From an uncultured Gemmatimonadales bacterium (GTDB taxonomy: Bacteria > Gemmatimonadota > Gemmatimonadetes > Gemmatimonadales > GWC2-71-9): 64,000 nucleotides of DNA. This document shows, piece by piece, positions 1-11,048 of the stretch. The translations under genes and the position numbers were made by a program. How positions within the stretch are numbered: position 1 is the first letter of the stretch; each line of letters opens with the position of its first letter. The DNA lies in the NCBI GenBank assembly GCA_963844035.1, contig CAWJMT010000037.1, positions 258,326-322,325 on the forward strand. Reading direction: 5' to 3'. A model generated the notes under the pieces. That model was not told the origin of the DNA. It saw only the letters and a program-made list of their open reading frames with translations, and ran no database searches.

Positions 1-2
1 TC

Positions 3-203
3 GAGCCGTCGTCCGACGGACTCGCGAATCTGGTGTGCTGGGTCGCGGGGTGCGTCATGATCTACGGCGTGCTGTTCGGCGTGGGCAAACTGCTGTTACA
101 CGAAGCGCTGCCTGGGCTGATCCTGCTGGGTCTCGGTATTGCCGCCGGTGGGGTGATCTATCGTGACCTGTCGCGGCGCGGCTGGCACACCGTCGTGGAG
201 TGA
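3..203 (+). CDS. C-terminal end of a membrane transporter, probably sodium:solute symporter family (partial)
   Basis: Manual translation EPSSDGLANLVCWVAGCVMIYGVLFGVGKLLL...RRGWHTVVE*. Two hydrophobic segments resemble the SSS-family C-terminus. Confidence 0.55.
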   Translation, partial: EPSSDGLANLVCWVAGCVMIYGVLFGVGKLLLHEALPGLILLGLGIAAGGVIYRDLSRRGWHTVVE

Positions 204-207
204 GCGG

Positions 208-1441
208 CTAGAGCTCCTCGTGCGCAACGCATCGACGACGAGATCCGCCACGTGTGACCGGATGCGGCGGATCGCCAGGGCGCTGTTCGGCCTCGTTGAC
301 CCGGTTCGTCAGCAGAATGATGAACAGGTCGCGGTCGGGATCCATCCAGATGGACGTGCCGGTGAATCCCGTGTGACCGAAGGCGCGGTCGGAGAGCCGC
401 AGGCCGGCGCTCGAGCTCCGGGTTCGAGGCTGATCGGGAGTGTCCCAGCCCAGCGCGCGACTCGAGCCGGGAGGAAAATCCTGGCGGTGCGTGAACTCCG
501 CCACGGTTTCCGAGCGAATGAACTGCACGTTGTCCCACGCCCCGCCGTTCAACAGCATGGCGGCAAAGCGCGACAGATCGCCCGCGGTGGAGAACAGCCC
601 CGCGTGCCCCGAGATCCCCTCCAGCCGGGCGGCATTGGCGTCGTGCACCTCGCCTTGCAGCAGCCGGTGGCGGAAGGTCGTGTCGAGCTCCGTCGGCGCT
701 GTCTTGGGCCACCAGCTCGGGCGGCGGCACGAAGCGCGTCGCCGGCATGCCGAGCGGGTCGAACACCCGCGCGGCGAGCAAGCGCTCCATCGGCTCCCCC
801 GCGATCGCCTCGACCGCCTGCATCAGCACCATGGCGCCCAAATCGGAGTAGACCACGCGCTCGCCCGGGGGTCCCGTGAGGGGTGTGGTGTCCACGAGCG
901 CGAGCGCTTCGGTGCGCGTCGCCGTTTCGCGATACAGCGGCCGCCAGTCGGGCAATCCGGAGGAATGCGTGAGCAGCTGGCGGATGGTTACCTCGTCCTT
1001 GGCCGGCCCCTGGAACGCCGGCACGTAGCGCTGCACGGGGGCATCGAGCTCCAGCTTCCCGTCGTCCACGAGCAACATGCACGCGGTCGTGAGTCCGACC
1101 ACCTTGGTCATGGACGCGATGTCGTACAGCGTCGTGACCTGGACCCGGTCGGTGTCGTCCACCCCGTAGCGCCCGACAGGCGCGAGCAGCGCCAGGCGGC
1201 CATGCCTCCCGACGGCGAGTACCGCGCCCGGGAACGCCTCGCTGTCCACCTCGGCCCGGAGATAGGCCACCGTGGCGGCGAGATCGACGCTGTCGAATCC
1301 GAGCGCCTGCGGCGCGGCCAGCGGGGAGCCCCGCGCTGCGGGGTACGGCGCGGGGGAGCGGGGGAGCGGGAGCAAGCGCGTGGCGTGGCCGTGGCAGGCT
1401 GCCAGTAACGCGACCAAGGGGAGGAGCGGGAGGGAATTCAC
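208..1441 (-). CDS. Serine hydrolase, beta-lactamase/AmiE-like lipoprotein (frame breaks near 700 and 290)
   Basis: SxxK (ASMTK), LLTHSSGLP, YSD and GHTGFTG motifs are split between ORFs 158..1573 and 208..648. Lipobox LLAAC. GTG start overlaps the nagZ stop. Confidence 0.8.
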
Positions 1442-3178
1442 GGCCGCGCCGGCACCTCGATCCCGTGGCCGACCGGATAGGGCGGCAGGCGGATCGGGAG
1501 GTGGCCGGTGATCGGCACCTGGCCGAGCAGCGCGAGTCCGACCGCGCGCTCGGCGGCGCGCACCGCGCTCCACGCGAGCAGGTACGACTTCACGGTGGGC
1601 ATCTGGTCGAGCAGGTACGGGCTCCCCAGCGAAACGAGCACCGTGGGGCGCGCGGAGTCCGTCGCGGTGATCAGCCGCACCAGCGAGTCGGGCATGGTGA
1701 TGGTGCCGCGCGCCGTGATGGGCCGGAGCTGGGCGACGAACACCACCCGCTCATCGCGCGCAATGGTGGCGCGCGCCGAGTCGTACGATTGGGGCCCGGA
1801 CATAGGCCAGAGCCGGAAGTAGTCGACCGGGTTGCCGCCGGCGCGCAGCACGTCCACGATGCGCTGTCCCACCGAGCTGTTCCTTTCATCCGCGTACGCG
1901 ATCAGCGCCACCCGGGTGCGTCGTGCCTGGAGGGCACGGAGCGCGCCGTTCGCGTCGCGCACGAGGGTCAGGGAGCGGACGGCCAGGTCGTCCGCTTGGG
2001 CTTGGAGTGCCCGCGTGCCTATCGTCGTCGTGAGGGAATCGAGCGGCACCGTGCGTCGGACGAACAGGCCAAGTTTCTGCTTGATCGCAAGGACGCGACG
2101 CACTGAGGTGTCGAGCCGCGTCAGAGCGATGCGGCCGGACGCGACGGCCTCCGCGACCGCGTTCACGGCGACGTCGGGGTCCGCCGGCATGACGAGCAAG
2201 TCCGAGCCCGCGAGCAGCGCACGGACCGATGCCTCTCCGGCGCCGTAGCGCGACGCGATCCCGCCCATCGAGAGCGCATCGGTCACGACCAAACCCTGGA
2301 ACCCGAGCGAATCGCGCAGCAGGCCGGTCATCACCGCCGCCGAGACGGTGGCCGGCTCGTCCGAGCCGGTGAAGGCCGGGAACGCGATGTGGCCGCTCAT
2401 CACGATCGCAGCGCCGGCGGCGATGCCGGCGCGGAACGGGATCAGCTCGGCCGAGTCGAGCCGCGCGTACCCGGTGGTGATCACGGGCATGCTCAGGTGC
2501 GAGTCGACGCGGGTGTCGCCGTGGCCGGGGAAATGCTTGAGCGTGGCGAGCATGCCGTGCTCTTGCAGCCCGCGCACGTAGGCCTGGACCAGGCTGGCGA
2601 CGGCCGCGGGGTCTTCACCGAACGAGCGGACGTTGATGATCGGGTTGAGCGGGTTGTTGTTGAGATCGGCGTCCGGGGCGAAATTGACGTGGATCCCCAC
2701 GGCCCGGCCCTCGGTCGCGGCGGCGGCGGCGATGGTGTAGGCGTCGCGGGGATCGTTGGTGGCGCCGGCGGCCATGAGCATCGGGAACGAGGTGGCGCCG
2801 GTGAGTCGCATCCCGGCGCCCCACTCGAGGTCCGCCGAGACGAGCAGCGGCAGGCGCGAGCGCAGCTGCAGGGCATTCAGCTTGGCGGCGATGTCGAACG
2901 GGGAGCCCACCGAGACGAGCACGCCCCCCACCTGGAGCGAATCGACCCAGCGGGTCATGACCTGAAAGTCCGAGTCGTCCACCGCGGCATACGCCCCCGA
3001 GATCCAGGGCATCACGAGCTGCGCGGCCTTCTGGCGGACGGTCAGCCCTGCGAGAATGGAATCGACGGAGATGGGCGCGGACCGGGATGCGGGCGGGTGC
3101 GATGGCAGTCGGGGTGGCGCACGTGACCGCTCCACATCCGAGCACGAGACCAACGATCAGGAGCCTATGCGCGCGCAT
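1438..3178 (-). CDS. nagZ: GH3 beta-N-acetylglucosaminidase with signal peptide (frame break after the signal peptide)
   Basis: KHFPGHGDTRVDSH NagZ-type motif, NFAPDAD, RSFGEDP and VTDALSM. Signal-like N-terminus MRAHRLLIVGLVLGC lies in a neighbouring frame. Confidence 0.85.
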
Positions 3179-4388
3179 CATCTCTCACTGTTGTGGTTGC
3201 TCGCCTGCACCGGCTGTCTCGGCCCCGCCTCGGCGCAGGTGCGCCCGGGCATCGAGGTCCTGCTCACCGACTCCGCGCACCTGGTGGCGGGGAAGCGGGT
3301 CGGGCTGCTTACCAATCAGACCGGGGTCGATCGCGCTGGGCCGCCGCACGGTCGATCGGCTCGCCGCCGATCGCGCGGTGCGTCTCACCCTGCTCTTGAG
3401 TCCGGAGCACGGATTCCGCGGCACCGAGGACCGGCCCGGCCTGCCGCACGCCGTCGATTCCGCTACGGGCCTCCCAATCTATAGCCTTTACGGTCCAAAA
3501 CAGACGCCCGAGTCCGTGCCCCTCGCGGGGCTCGATGCGGTGCTCATCGACCTGCAGGACATCGGCGCTCGCTACTACACCTACGTTTCAACGGCGGTCA
3601 TTCTCATGCAGCGTGCGGCACAGCAGGGTGTACCGGTGATTGTGCTCGATCGCCCTAATCCTCTGGGCGGCGGCGCGGTGCAGGGCAACGTGCGCGCAAA
3701 GCCGGCGGCTGAGCAGACCTTCGTCGGTTTTCTCCCGATTGCCATGCGGCATGGGATGACATTGGGAGAGATGTTGCTGCTCGCGAACGATGCGCTGGGC
3801 ATTGGCGCGCGACTCACGGTCGTTCCGGCGGCCGGCTGGCGGCGCGACATGTACTTCGACGCCACCGGGCTCCCATGGGTGAAACCGTCCCCCAACATGC
3901 CCGACCTCGAGAGCGCGCTTCATTATCCCGGGACGTGCTTGTTCGAGGGGACGAATCTGTCGGTGGGGCGGGGGACGCCGCTCGCATTTCAGGTCATCGG
4001 AGCGACCTGGGTAGATGCGGAAGCGGTGATCCGACGGCTCAAAGATGGGGAAGGGTTAGACGGTGTCGAACTCGTGGCCGACACGCTCACTCCCCACGCG
4101 CCGAGTGATATGAAGAATGATGGCGTGAGGATCAACGTCATCCGGTTGCACGTCACCGACCGGGCCCGGTATGACCCCACCCACACCGCCGTCGCGTTGC
4201 TCGCGGCGTTTCGCGCGGTGCATCCCGACTCCTTGAAGTTTGTCGTCGAGCGGTTCGACTTGCTCGCTGCCGGGCCCGAGTTGCGGCAAGCGATCCTGGC
4301 GGGGCAGGGGCCCGAGGGCGTCTGGGGGGCATGGGACACGGGGTTGGAGAGGTTTCGGGGGGTGAGGGGGAAGTACCTGTTGTACTAG
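3167..4388 (+). CDS. namZ: Exo-beta-N-acetylmuramidase NamZ (DUF1343), one frame break near 3340
   Basis: VRPGIEVL, GKRVGLLTNQTG, SPEHGFRG, DLQDIGARYYTY, LDRPNPLGG, PSPNMP, SVGRGT and C-terminal KYLLY. Confidence 0.88.
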
Positions 4389-4774
4389 CAACTACGACCG
4401 TCGCTGCGCGACCCCTGTCCCTCCTTGTGCCCATCCCCCTGGCACATCCGGGCCCGCGGCCTGCGCCACGTCCACCTCGCGTGACTCCGTTCGGATGCTC
4501 TACTCGACCGCGAAGGCGTTGCCGATCTGCCGCCGGATTCCCGCCACCGATGTCGCTGTAGACCGAGTATCCTGCGGGATCCGAATCGTCCGAGTTCCCG
4601 CTGACGAACGCGCTGGTGTGCAACAGGGTGGGGAGCCGTGCGGGCAGCATGTGCATCACCGTGAAGAGGTCGTGGGATCATGCGGGACGCGGACTGAAGC
4701 GGCGGTGAAGGAATGCTGAACGAACCTGAGTGAAGAGCTTGTCATTCAGTTCCCATGATTCTTCACAGGTCCCC

Positions 4775-4783
4775 TGATAGCGT
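4775..4783 (+). promoter_or_regulatory. Putative extended -10 (TGnTAGCGT) 7 nt before ATG 4791, leaderless-type
   Basis: Sequence tga-tagcgt-acacctc-ATG with no Shine-Dalgarno. Confidence 0.35.
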
Positions 4784-4790
4784 ACACCTC

Positions 4791-5181
4791 ATGCGAATGC
4801 TTCACCGAGCCGGTCTTCGCGTCGCCGCCGTTGCGGCGCTGCTCGCCGCCTGTGACAACGACAGCACGGCGCCCGTTACGTCGCTCGTCGGCACGTGGAA
4901 CCTCGTCGGGTTCACCGACGCAGGGGTGGCGGCGGTCACCACGGGCACGTGGGTATTCCGGGCCGATGGCACGTGCAGTGTCAACGGGACGGTCACCTTC
5001 CCCGGCGAGCCGACGGATCCGCTCATCGCGGATGGCACGTTCGTCCAGAGCGGCAACAGTGTAACGCTGACGATCGCCGCTCAGATGGGCACTTGGACAC
5101 TCACGGCGAGCGGCAGTGAGGTCGTGCTCACCGCGATCGGGGCCGCCACCCGCGAACACCATCACGTTGCGCCGCCCGTAG
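4791..5181 (+). CDS. Lipocalin-like lipoprotein (frame break near C-terminus)
   Basis: Lipobox LLAAC, LVGTWNL motif and beta-strand pattern. The likely true end is ...ANTITLRRP* at 5181. Confidence 0.6.
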
Positions 5182-5286
5182 CCCGAGGCAGACGGGGACG
5201 GCACTCGCAGTCCACCGTCGGGAACCCGGCGGCCCGGTTCCTAGTACATAGCGGGGTTACGTTTTGAGGCTTGCCGGCACCTCACC

Positions 5287-6810
5287 TTGATCCTGGAGAC
5301 GTCCATCCAGCTGCGCTCGTTGCACTGGGCTCTGACGCTTGCCGCCCTCATCATCCCGCTCAGAGCGGTGCGGGCCCAGGAGATCCAGGTTCCGATGGAC
5401 GAGGCCGACCGGATCCTGGTGATCACGGCCGATCTGGCTCGCCGCCTCGGCCTGTTCGCCGAAGTCGACGGCCTGCGCGAAGCGCTGCTCTTCCAGCTGC
5501 CCGATTCGAGCTTCGTGTTGGAGGTGACCTCCGCCACGCCGCAGGGCAGGGTGCGGCGAGAGCGCCGGCCGCTGTCGCCGGCCCAAGCGCTCGAGTTCCG
5601 GCGCGACGTGACAACCCGCATTGCCGAACGCGCCCGCAGCGCCGGTGTCGATCAGAGCGGCCGTACGAAACTGGTCGGCGGTGCGACCTTACTGGGCCTC
5701 TTCTATTACGGCTGGGCCACGGCGGTGGCGCTCGATGCCGAGGAGACGCGCGCGAACGTCGCGGCGTACATGGTCACAGCAGGGACCGCCTTCTTCCTAC
5801 CGTACCTCTTGACGCGCAACCGCGCGGTGCCGGATGCCGTCGCCACCATGGCGTTGTGGGGCGCCACGCGGGGCGCACTGCATGGCGCCCTCGCTGCCGA
5901 CTTTGCCGGCGATCCCAGCACCGAGACACGGTTTGGCTGGAGCGTCGGCGTCGGCGCCGTTGAAACCGTCATCGGTGGAGTCGCCGCTCAGGCGCTCGGC
6001 ATGACCTCGGGACGCGCCGAGCTGACGGGTGCGGGAGGCGACCTCGGCCTGGGGATCGGCTGGGGCATCGCCGACCTGCTCAAGTTGAACGAGCGCTACG
6101 ACTCCGTGACGGTGCCGGACGGCGGCGGCGGCACCTACACCTACGGCGTGCAGGACCGGACGGCCCAGCAAGCCGTGACGCTGAGCGGTGCGGCGCTCGG
6201 CCTCGTCGGCGGCTATATGCTGGGCCGCACCGACGACTGGACCCGCGGCGATGCCGCGATCTTCCGAAATGTGTCGCTGATCGCGGGGTTAGCCGGTGTC
6301 GCGGTCGGGGATCTGATTCAGCAGCCGCGCACCATTACCGAGCCGACTGGTGGCGGTGGCAGCTACTCGTACGTCGATGACGGGTTCACCGGCACGCAGA
6401 CCGCCGCCGGGTTGGTGGGGGCGGCCGCCGGCATGGTGGCGGGCCGAATGCTCGTCGCGAATCGGAATTTCACGACCAGCCAGGGCACGCTGCTGACCTT
6501 GTCGCCGCTCGCGGGCGGATTGCTCGCGCTCGGCATCGCGTATCTCGCCACACCTGAGCAATCCGTAAACTACGACCCAAACGTGCCCTATGAAGATCCG
6601 AACGACCACAGCGAGCTGTACCTGAGCGTCAGCGCGCTCGGCGCCGCCGCCGGGTTTGCCGCGCTCTATCCCGCAATGGCGCGACAGTCCGCGAAACCGG
6701 CGGCGCCGGCCGGGCGACTGCAATTCTCGCTGAATCCGCTCGCGGCCGCCCAGATCTTCGGGGGGAGCAGGGCACGGGTTACGCTTGGGTCCGTGCAGTA
6801 CCGCTTCTGA
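5287..6810 (+). CDS. Exported Gly/Ala-rich multi-helix membrane protein with internal repeats, function unknown
   Basis: Intact 507-aa ORF with a signal-like N-terminus (VRAQE), repeated glycine-zipper helices and C-terminal VQYRF. Confidence 0.7.
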   Translation: MILETSIQLRSLHWALTLAALIIPLRAVRAQEIQVPMDEADRILVITADLARRLGLFAEVDGLREALLFQLPDSSFVLEVTSATPQGRVRRERRPLSPAQALEFRRDVTTRIAERARSAGVDQSGRTKLVGGATLLGLFYYGWATAVALDAEETRANVAAYMVTAGTAFFLPYLLTRNRAVPDAVATMALWGATRGALHGALAADFAGDPSTETRFGWSVGVGAVETVIGGVAAQALGMTSGRAELTGAGGDLGLGIGWGIADLLKLNERYDSVTVPDGGGGTYTYGVQDRTAQQAVTLSGAALGLVGGYMLGRTDDWTRGDAAIFRNVSLIAGLAGVAVGDLIQQPRTITEPTGGGGSYSYVDDGFTGTQTAAGLVGAAAGMVAGRMLVANRNFTTSQGTLLTLSPLAGGLLALGIAYLATPEQSVNYDPNVPYEDPNDHSELYLSVSALGAAAGFAALYPAMARQSAKPAAPAGRLQFSLNPLAAAQIFGGSRARVTLGSVQYRF

Positions 6811-6884
6811 GTCGAGGGTTGAGGTCCGCGGGTGGAAACTATTGATTACCGACCCCCGTCCTGCTCCGTGAGGTAACACGCTCC

Positions 6885-7503
6885 ATGGCCAAAATCCTGC
6901 CTCTGGTGGACGTGACGCTGGCGGTGCTGGTGCTGTCATCCGGCGCCGTCGCCCAACGTTCGCCAGCGAGCGGAACCACCGGCGGCGGTAGTCCTCCGTA
7001 TACCGTCGCCGACGTGCAGTTCATGAGCGGGATGATCGTGCACCACGCGCAGGCGGTGTTGATCGCGGGTTGGGCGCCGAGCCACAGCGCCGGTGCGTCG
7101 CTGCGCGTCCTGTGCGAGCGCATCGTGGTGGCCCAGCAGGACGAAATTGCGTTGATGCGAGCGCTGGCTGCGGGAGCGCCATGAAGATGTACCGCCCGTC
7201 GAGCCGCACGAGCACAGCATGGCCGGAATGAGCCATCCCATGCTCATGCCCGGAATGCTGACCCCCGCGCAGCTGGCGCAGCTCGACAGCGCACGCGGCC
7301 TCGAGTTCGACCGCTTGTTTCTGACGTTCATGATTCAACACCACCGCGGCGCGATCACCATGGTGGAGCAGCTGCTGCGGGTGCCGGGCGCCGCCCAGGA
7401 CGGGCGGGTGTTCCGGTTCGCCGCCGATGTGAATGTCGACCAGGCCACCGAGATCGACCGCATGAGCCAGATGCTCGCGGGCCTGTCTCCCGGGCCCACT
7501 TGA
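6885..7503 (+). CDS. DUF305 (ferritin-like, CopM-related) exported protein, frame break near 7160
   Basis: ADVQFMSGMIVHHAQA, MPGMLTPAQLAQL and FDRLFLTFMIQHHRGA motifs split over two ORFs. Confidence 0.85.
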
Positions 7504-7517
7504 ACGGAGCTTCTCTT

Positions 7518-9523
7518 GTGAACACTCAATCGTTGCTCGCCCTCGCGGCCCTATCCCTCGGCGCCTGCGCCACCTCGAAGCTGCACACGACGCCTGTCCC
7601 GCCCCCGGCGGCGCCGCGCCCCGCCGCGGCCGCAAGCGGGGACCCGCGGGTAAGTCTCCGGGCCGGCTGGATGGATGCCGGTGAGGCGGTGTCGGGCCTC
7701 CGCGTCGTCTCGCGAACTCCGCCCTCCGCACAATTCCTCCCCAGCGCGCCGGGCGACTTTGAGTTCATCAATTCGGATCTGTCGTTCGTGGGCAACTACG
7801 TCATTCAGGGCAACTTCTCGGGTTATCAGGTGTGGGACATTTCCGATCCGAGCCACCCGACGCTCCACACGGCCTATGTCTGTCCCGGCTCTCAGAGCGA
7901 CGTCTCGGTGTACGGCAAGCTGATGTTCGTGTCCGGCGAGGCGATGAACGGCCGCACCGACTGCGGCACCCAGGGGGTGCCCGATACGGTGAGCCAGGAC
8001 CGCCTGCGCGGTATTCGCATCTTCGACATCACCGACATCGCGCACCCGAAGTACCTGACGAACGTTCAGACCTGCCGCGGCTCACACACCCACACGGTGG
8101 TGACCGATCCGCGCGACAGGGCGAACGTGTACATCTACATCTCCGGCACCGCGCCGGTGCGGTCCCCGAACGAGCTCGCGGGGTGCTCGAGCTCGCCGCT
8201 CCAGGACGACCCGACCACGGCGCTGTTCCGCATCGAGGTCATCCGGGTGCCGCTCGCGGCGCCCCAACAGGCCAAGATCGTGAGCTCGCCCCGCATCTTC
8301 GGCGGCCTCACCGAGCCGGCCCAGCATGGCGAGGCGCCGCAGGACGTCGCCGCCGCCGCTGCAGGTCGCTGCCGCCGCGCGCGCCCGCGGCGCGTTCACC
8401 GTGACCATGCACGGCATGGAGCACGTGGCGTCCCGCCGGTTCATCAATCCGCTGCTCGACAGCATCGTGGCCGCCCGCGGGGGGACCGGGGCGCCGACCG
8501 GCGCCGACAGCGCCGCGTTGCGCGGAGCCCTGCAGGGCATCGTGGACCAGATGATGCACGGCGAGGCCGGTCCGGGCGGCGCCCGTCCCGGGCCCACCCA
8601 GTGCCACGACATCACCGTGTACTCCGACATCGGGCTCGCCGGCGGCGCGTGCGCGGGCTACGGGTTCCTGCTCGACATCAGCGACGTGGCCCATCCGCGG
8701 CGCATCGCCGCAGTGGCGGACTCGAACTTTTCCTTCTGGCATTCGGCCACCTTCAACAACGACGGCAGCAAGATTCTGTTTTCGGACGAGTGGGGCGGCG
8801 GGTTGCAGCCCCGCTGCCGCCCGACCGACAAGCCCGAGTGGGGAGCCAACGCCATCTTCACGCTGGTCGCGCGACACCATGACGTTCCGGAGCTACTACA
8901 AGCTGCCGGTGCCGCAGTCGGCGGAGGAGAACTGCGTCGCTCACAATGGCTCGTTGATCCCGGTCCCCGGGCGCGACATCATGGTGCAGGGCTGGTACCA
9001 GGGCGGCATTTCGGTGTTCGACTGGACCGATGCGGCGCACCCGCGCGAGATCGCCTACTTCGATCGCGGCCCGATGGATTCGACCAAGCTGGTGGGCGCC
9101 GGGTCGTGGTCGGCGTACTGGTACAACGGCTACATCGTCAGCTCCGAGATCGCCCGCGGGCTCGACATCCTGGAGCTGCAGCCGAGTCCTCTGCTGTCGC
9201 AGAACGAGATCGACGCGGCGCGGCTGGTGCGTTTCGACTTCTTGAACGTCCAGGACCAGCGCAAGCTCGTCTGGCCCGCGAGCTTCGTGGTGGCGCGCGC
9301 CTATCTGGACCAGCTCGCCCGCTCGAACGGGTTGGCGGCCACCAAGGTGACGGCGGCGCGGGACGCGCTCGCTCGCGCCGAACAGGCCGCGGGAGCGGAG
9401 CGCCGCGGGGCGCTGCAACAGCTCGCCACGCAGCTCAGCGGCGATGCGCCCGGGGCGGCCGATCAGGCCAAGGTGCGGATGCTCGCGGCGGCGGTGGCGG
9501 ACCTGGCGACTGCGGCGAAGTGA
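7518..9523 (+). CDS. LVIVD-repeat beta-propeller lipoprotein (two frame breaks)
   Basis: Lipobox LGAC. Motifs NSDLSF, CPGSQSDVSVYG, CRGSHTHTVV, QCHDITVY, FWHSATFNNDG, NCVAHNGS and WSAYWYNG across three ORFs. Confidence 0.85.
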
Positions 9524-9585
9524 CAATGGACGCATATTGTTGATGCGTCGGCCCTGTGCCCGATCTCCAACGCGAGGAGTGCAGC

Positions 9586-10296
9586 ATGGCTGGATGTCGT
9601 TCACTGGGTGCGGGACTGCTGGTTGGGGCCGTGCTGGCCTGCGGCGGCGACGGCTCGGGCATTATCAGCGTCAATTCTCCTACCGTCAGCGTCAGCGGTA
9701 TCACACGTGACTACTTCACCACTAACGCGTTAGGCTCCACCGTCATCACCATAGACGATCATCCAACGCTCACGACCACGAGCGGGACGCTGGGCGCCTA
9801 CATGTATTCCATCTCGGCGAACACCACCCTACTCGCCGTTGCCGCGCACACGAACTATCGACCCACCCGCAACGAGACGCTGACCGTCGGGCCGAGCGGT
9901 TCGACGGCGGATCTGTTTGCGACCTCGCTGGCCGATATCACGCGCCAATACACTGCCGTGGGGCTGCATTCCGAACATCAACACCGGCGTCGTCATCGTG
10001 AACCTGCGCGACAACGCGGGCCAGCCGCGCGTGGGAATTCCCGTGGCGGATATCGTCTTGCTGAACGCCGCTCAGGCGCCGGTGGGCCTCGGTCCGTACG
10101 TGTTCGACGCGACGGGAGACATCGTGCCGCAGAACACCAGCCTTGAACTCGACCGCCGCGTTCGGTGGGCCGATCCCGCGTGGCGTTCCTCGACGTCCCA
10201 CCCGGCATGCTCACGCTCCGGGTCACCCTGGCGCCGGCACCCGTGACCGCGACCGTTTCAGTGACGGCCAATGGGGCCACGCTGGTGCAGCGCTGA
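9586..10296 (+). CDS. Lipoprotein with carboxypeptidase-regulatory-like beta-sandwich domains (frame breaks)
   Basis: SD gaggag, lipobox VLAC and Thr/Ser-rich beta pattern. Ends ...VTANGATLVQR*. Confidence 0.5.
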
Positions 10297-10406
10297 GATC
10301 GATCGGCCGTATTGCCTGCACCCTTCGAGCGATACCTCCCGCTTTCACGCTGCGCTACCCTTGATTGTCAGCAGCGGGTACACCGCCGTACAATGGAGAT
10401 GCGCTC

Positions 10407-10586
10407 ATGAAGCCCAGCACGAAGAACATGGTGAAGGGGAAGGCCCATCAGGTGAAGGGTGGCGTCAAGGAAGCAGCCGGGGTGCTCGTCGAGAATCGTG
10501 ATTTGGAGGCCGAGGGCGCGGTCGAGAAGCTGCAAGGCAAGGTCCAGCAGAAAATCGGCGAGATCCAGCAGGTGCTGGAGAAGTAG
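10407..10586 (+). CDS. CsbD family stress protein
   Basis: MKPSTKNMVKGKAHQVKGGVKEAAG...LEAEGAVEKLQGKVQQKIG. Confidence 0.85.
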   Translation: MKPSTKNMVKGKAHQVKGGVKEAAGVLVENRDLEAEGAVEKLQGKVQQKIGEIQQVLEK

Positions 10587-10698
10587 TAGGGAGTTAAGTC
10601 TCCGCTCATCCCTCCGAGCGATACCGCGGGTCGGAATCCGGCCCATTCTCCGGGTAGGCGAAATCGGCGGCATTCCACTCGCACCAGGAGACTGCGCC

Positions 10699-10875
10699 AT
10701 GTCATTCGGACTCTATATCCTCGGCTTTGCCATCTTCCTCGGTGGCGTGGCTTGGGCGCTCATCACCGCAGATGTGCGTCCCCTCTACGTCGCGATCACC
10801 TGCGTCATCATGCTCGGCCTCGGAATTCTGTCCGGGGTGACCCACATGCGCTCCAAGGATAAACCTTCGGTCTGA
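10699..10875 (+). CDS. Small two-helix membrane protein
   Basis: SD caggag. MSFGLYILGFAIFLGGVAWAL...GVTHMRSKDKPSV. Confidence 0.65.
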   Translation: MSFGLYILGFAIFLGGVAWALITADVRPLYVAITCVIMLGLGILSGVTHMRSKDKPSV

Positions 10876-11048
10876 AACCTCCAGTCCGCGGGGCGTACCG
10901 AGGCTCCACCGGTGCCCCGTGAGCTGGCGACCAAAGTACAATTGACGGGCCGCGTGGCGCGGGGGGGCACAACCGCTTGATTCAGTGGAACTTCCCCCGC
11001 GCACTCGCCCTTCCGCCCCCCCGAACCGGCCGTTAGTTTCCCCCGGCA

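Noticed and set aside
4389..4790. Minus-strand frame MTSSSLRF...SSR-TGA-CTCCPHGSPPCC...RQIGNAFAVE as a possible selenoprotein or methyltransferase remnant
   Set aside because: No recognisable selenoprotein motif or SECIS, and RQIGNA alone is too short to be evidence. The region remains unexplained.
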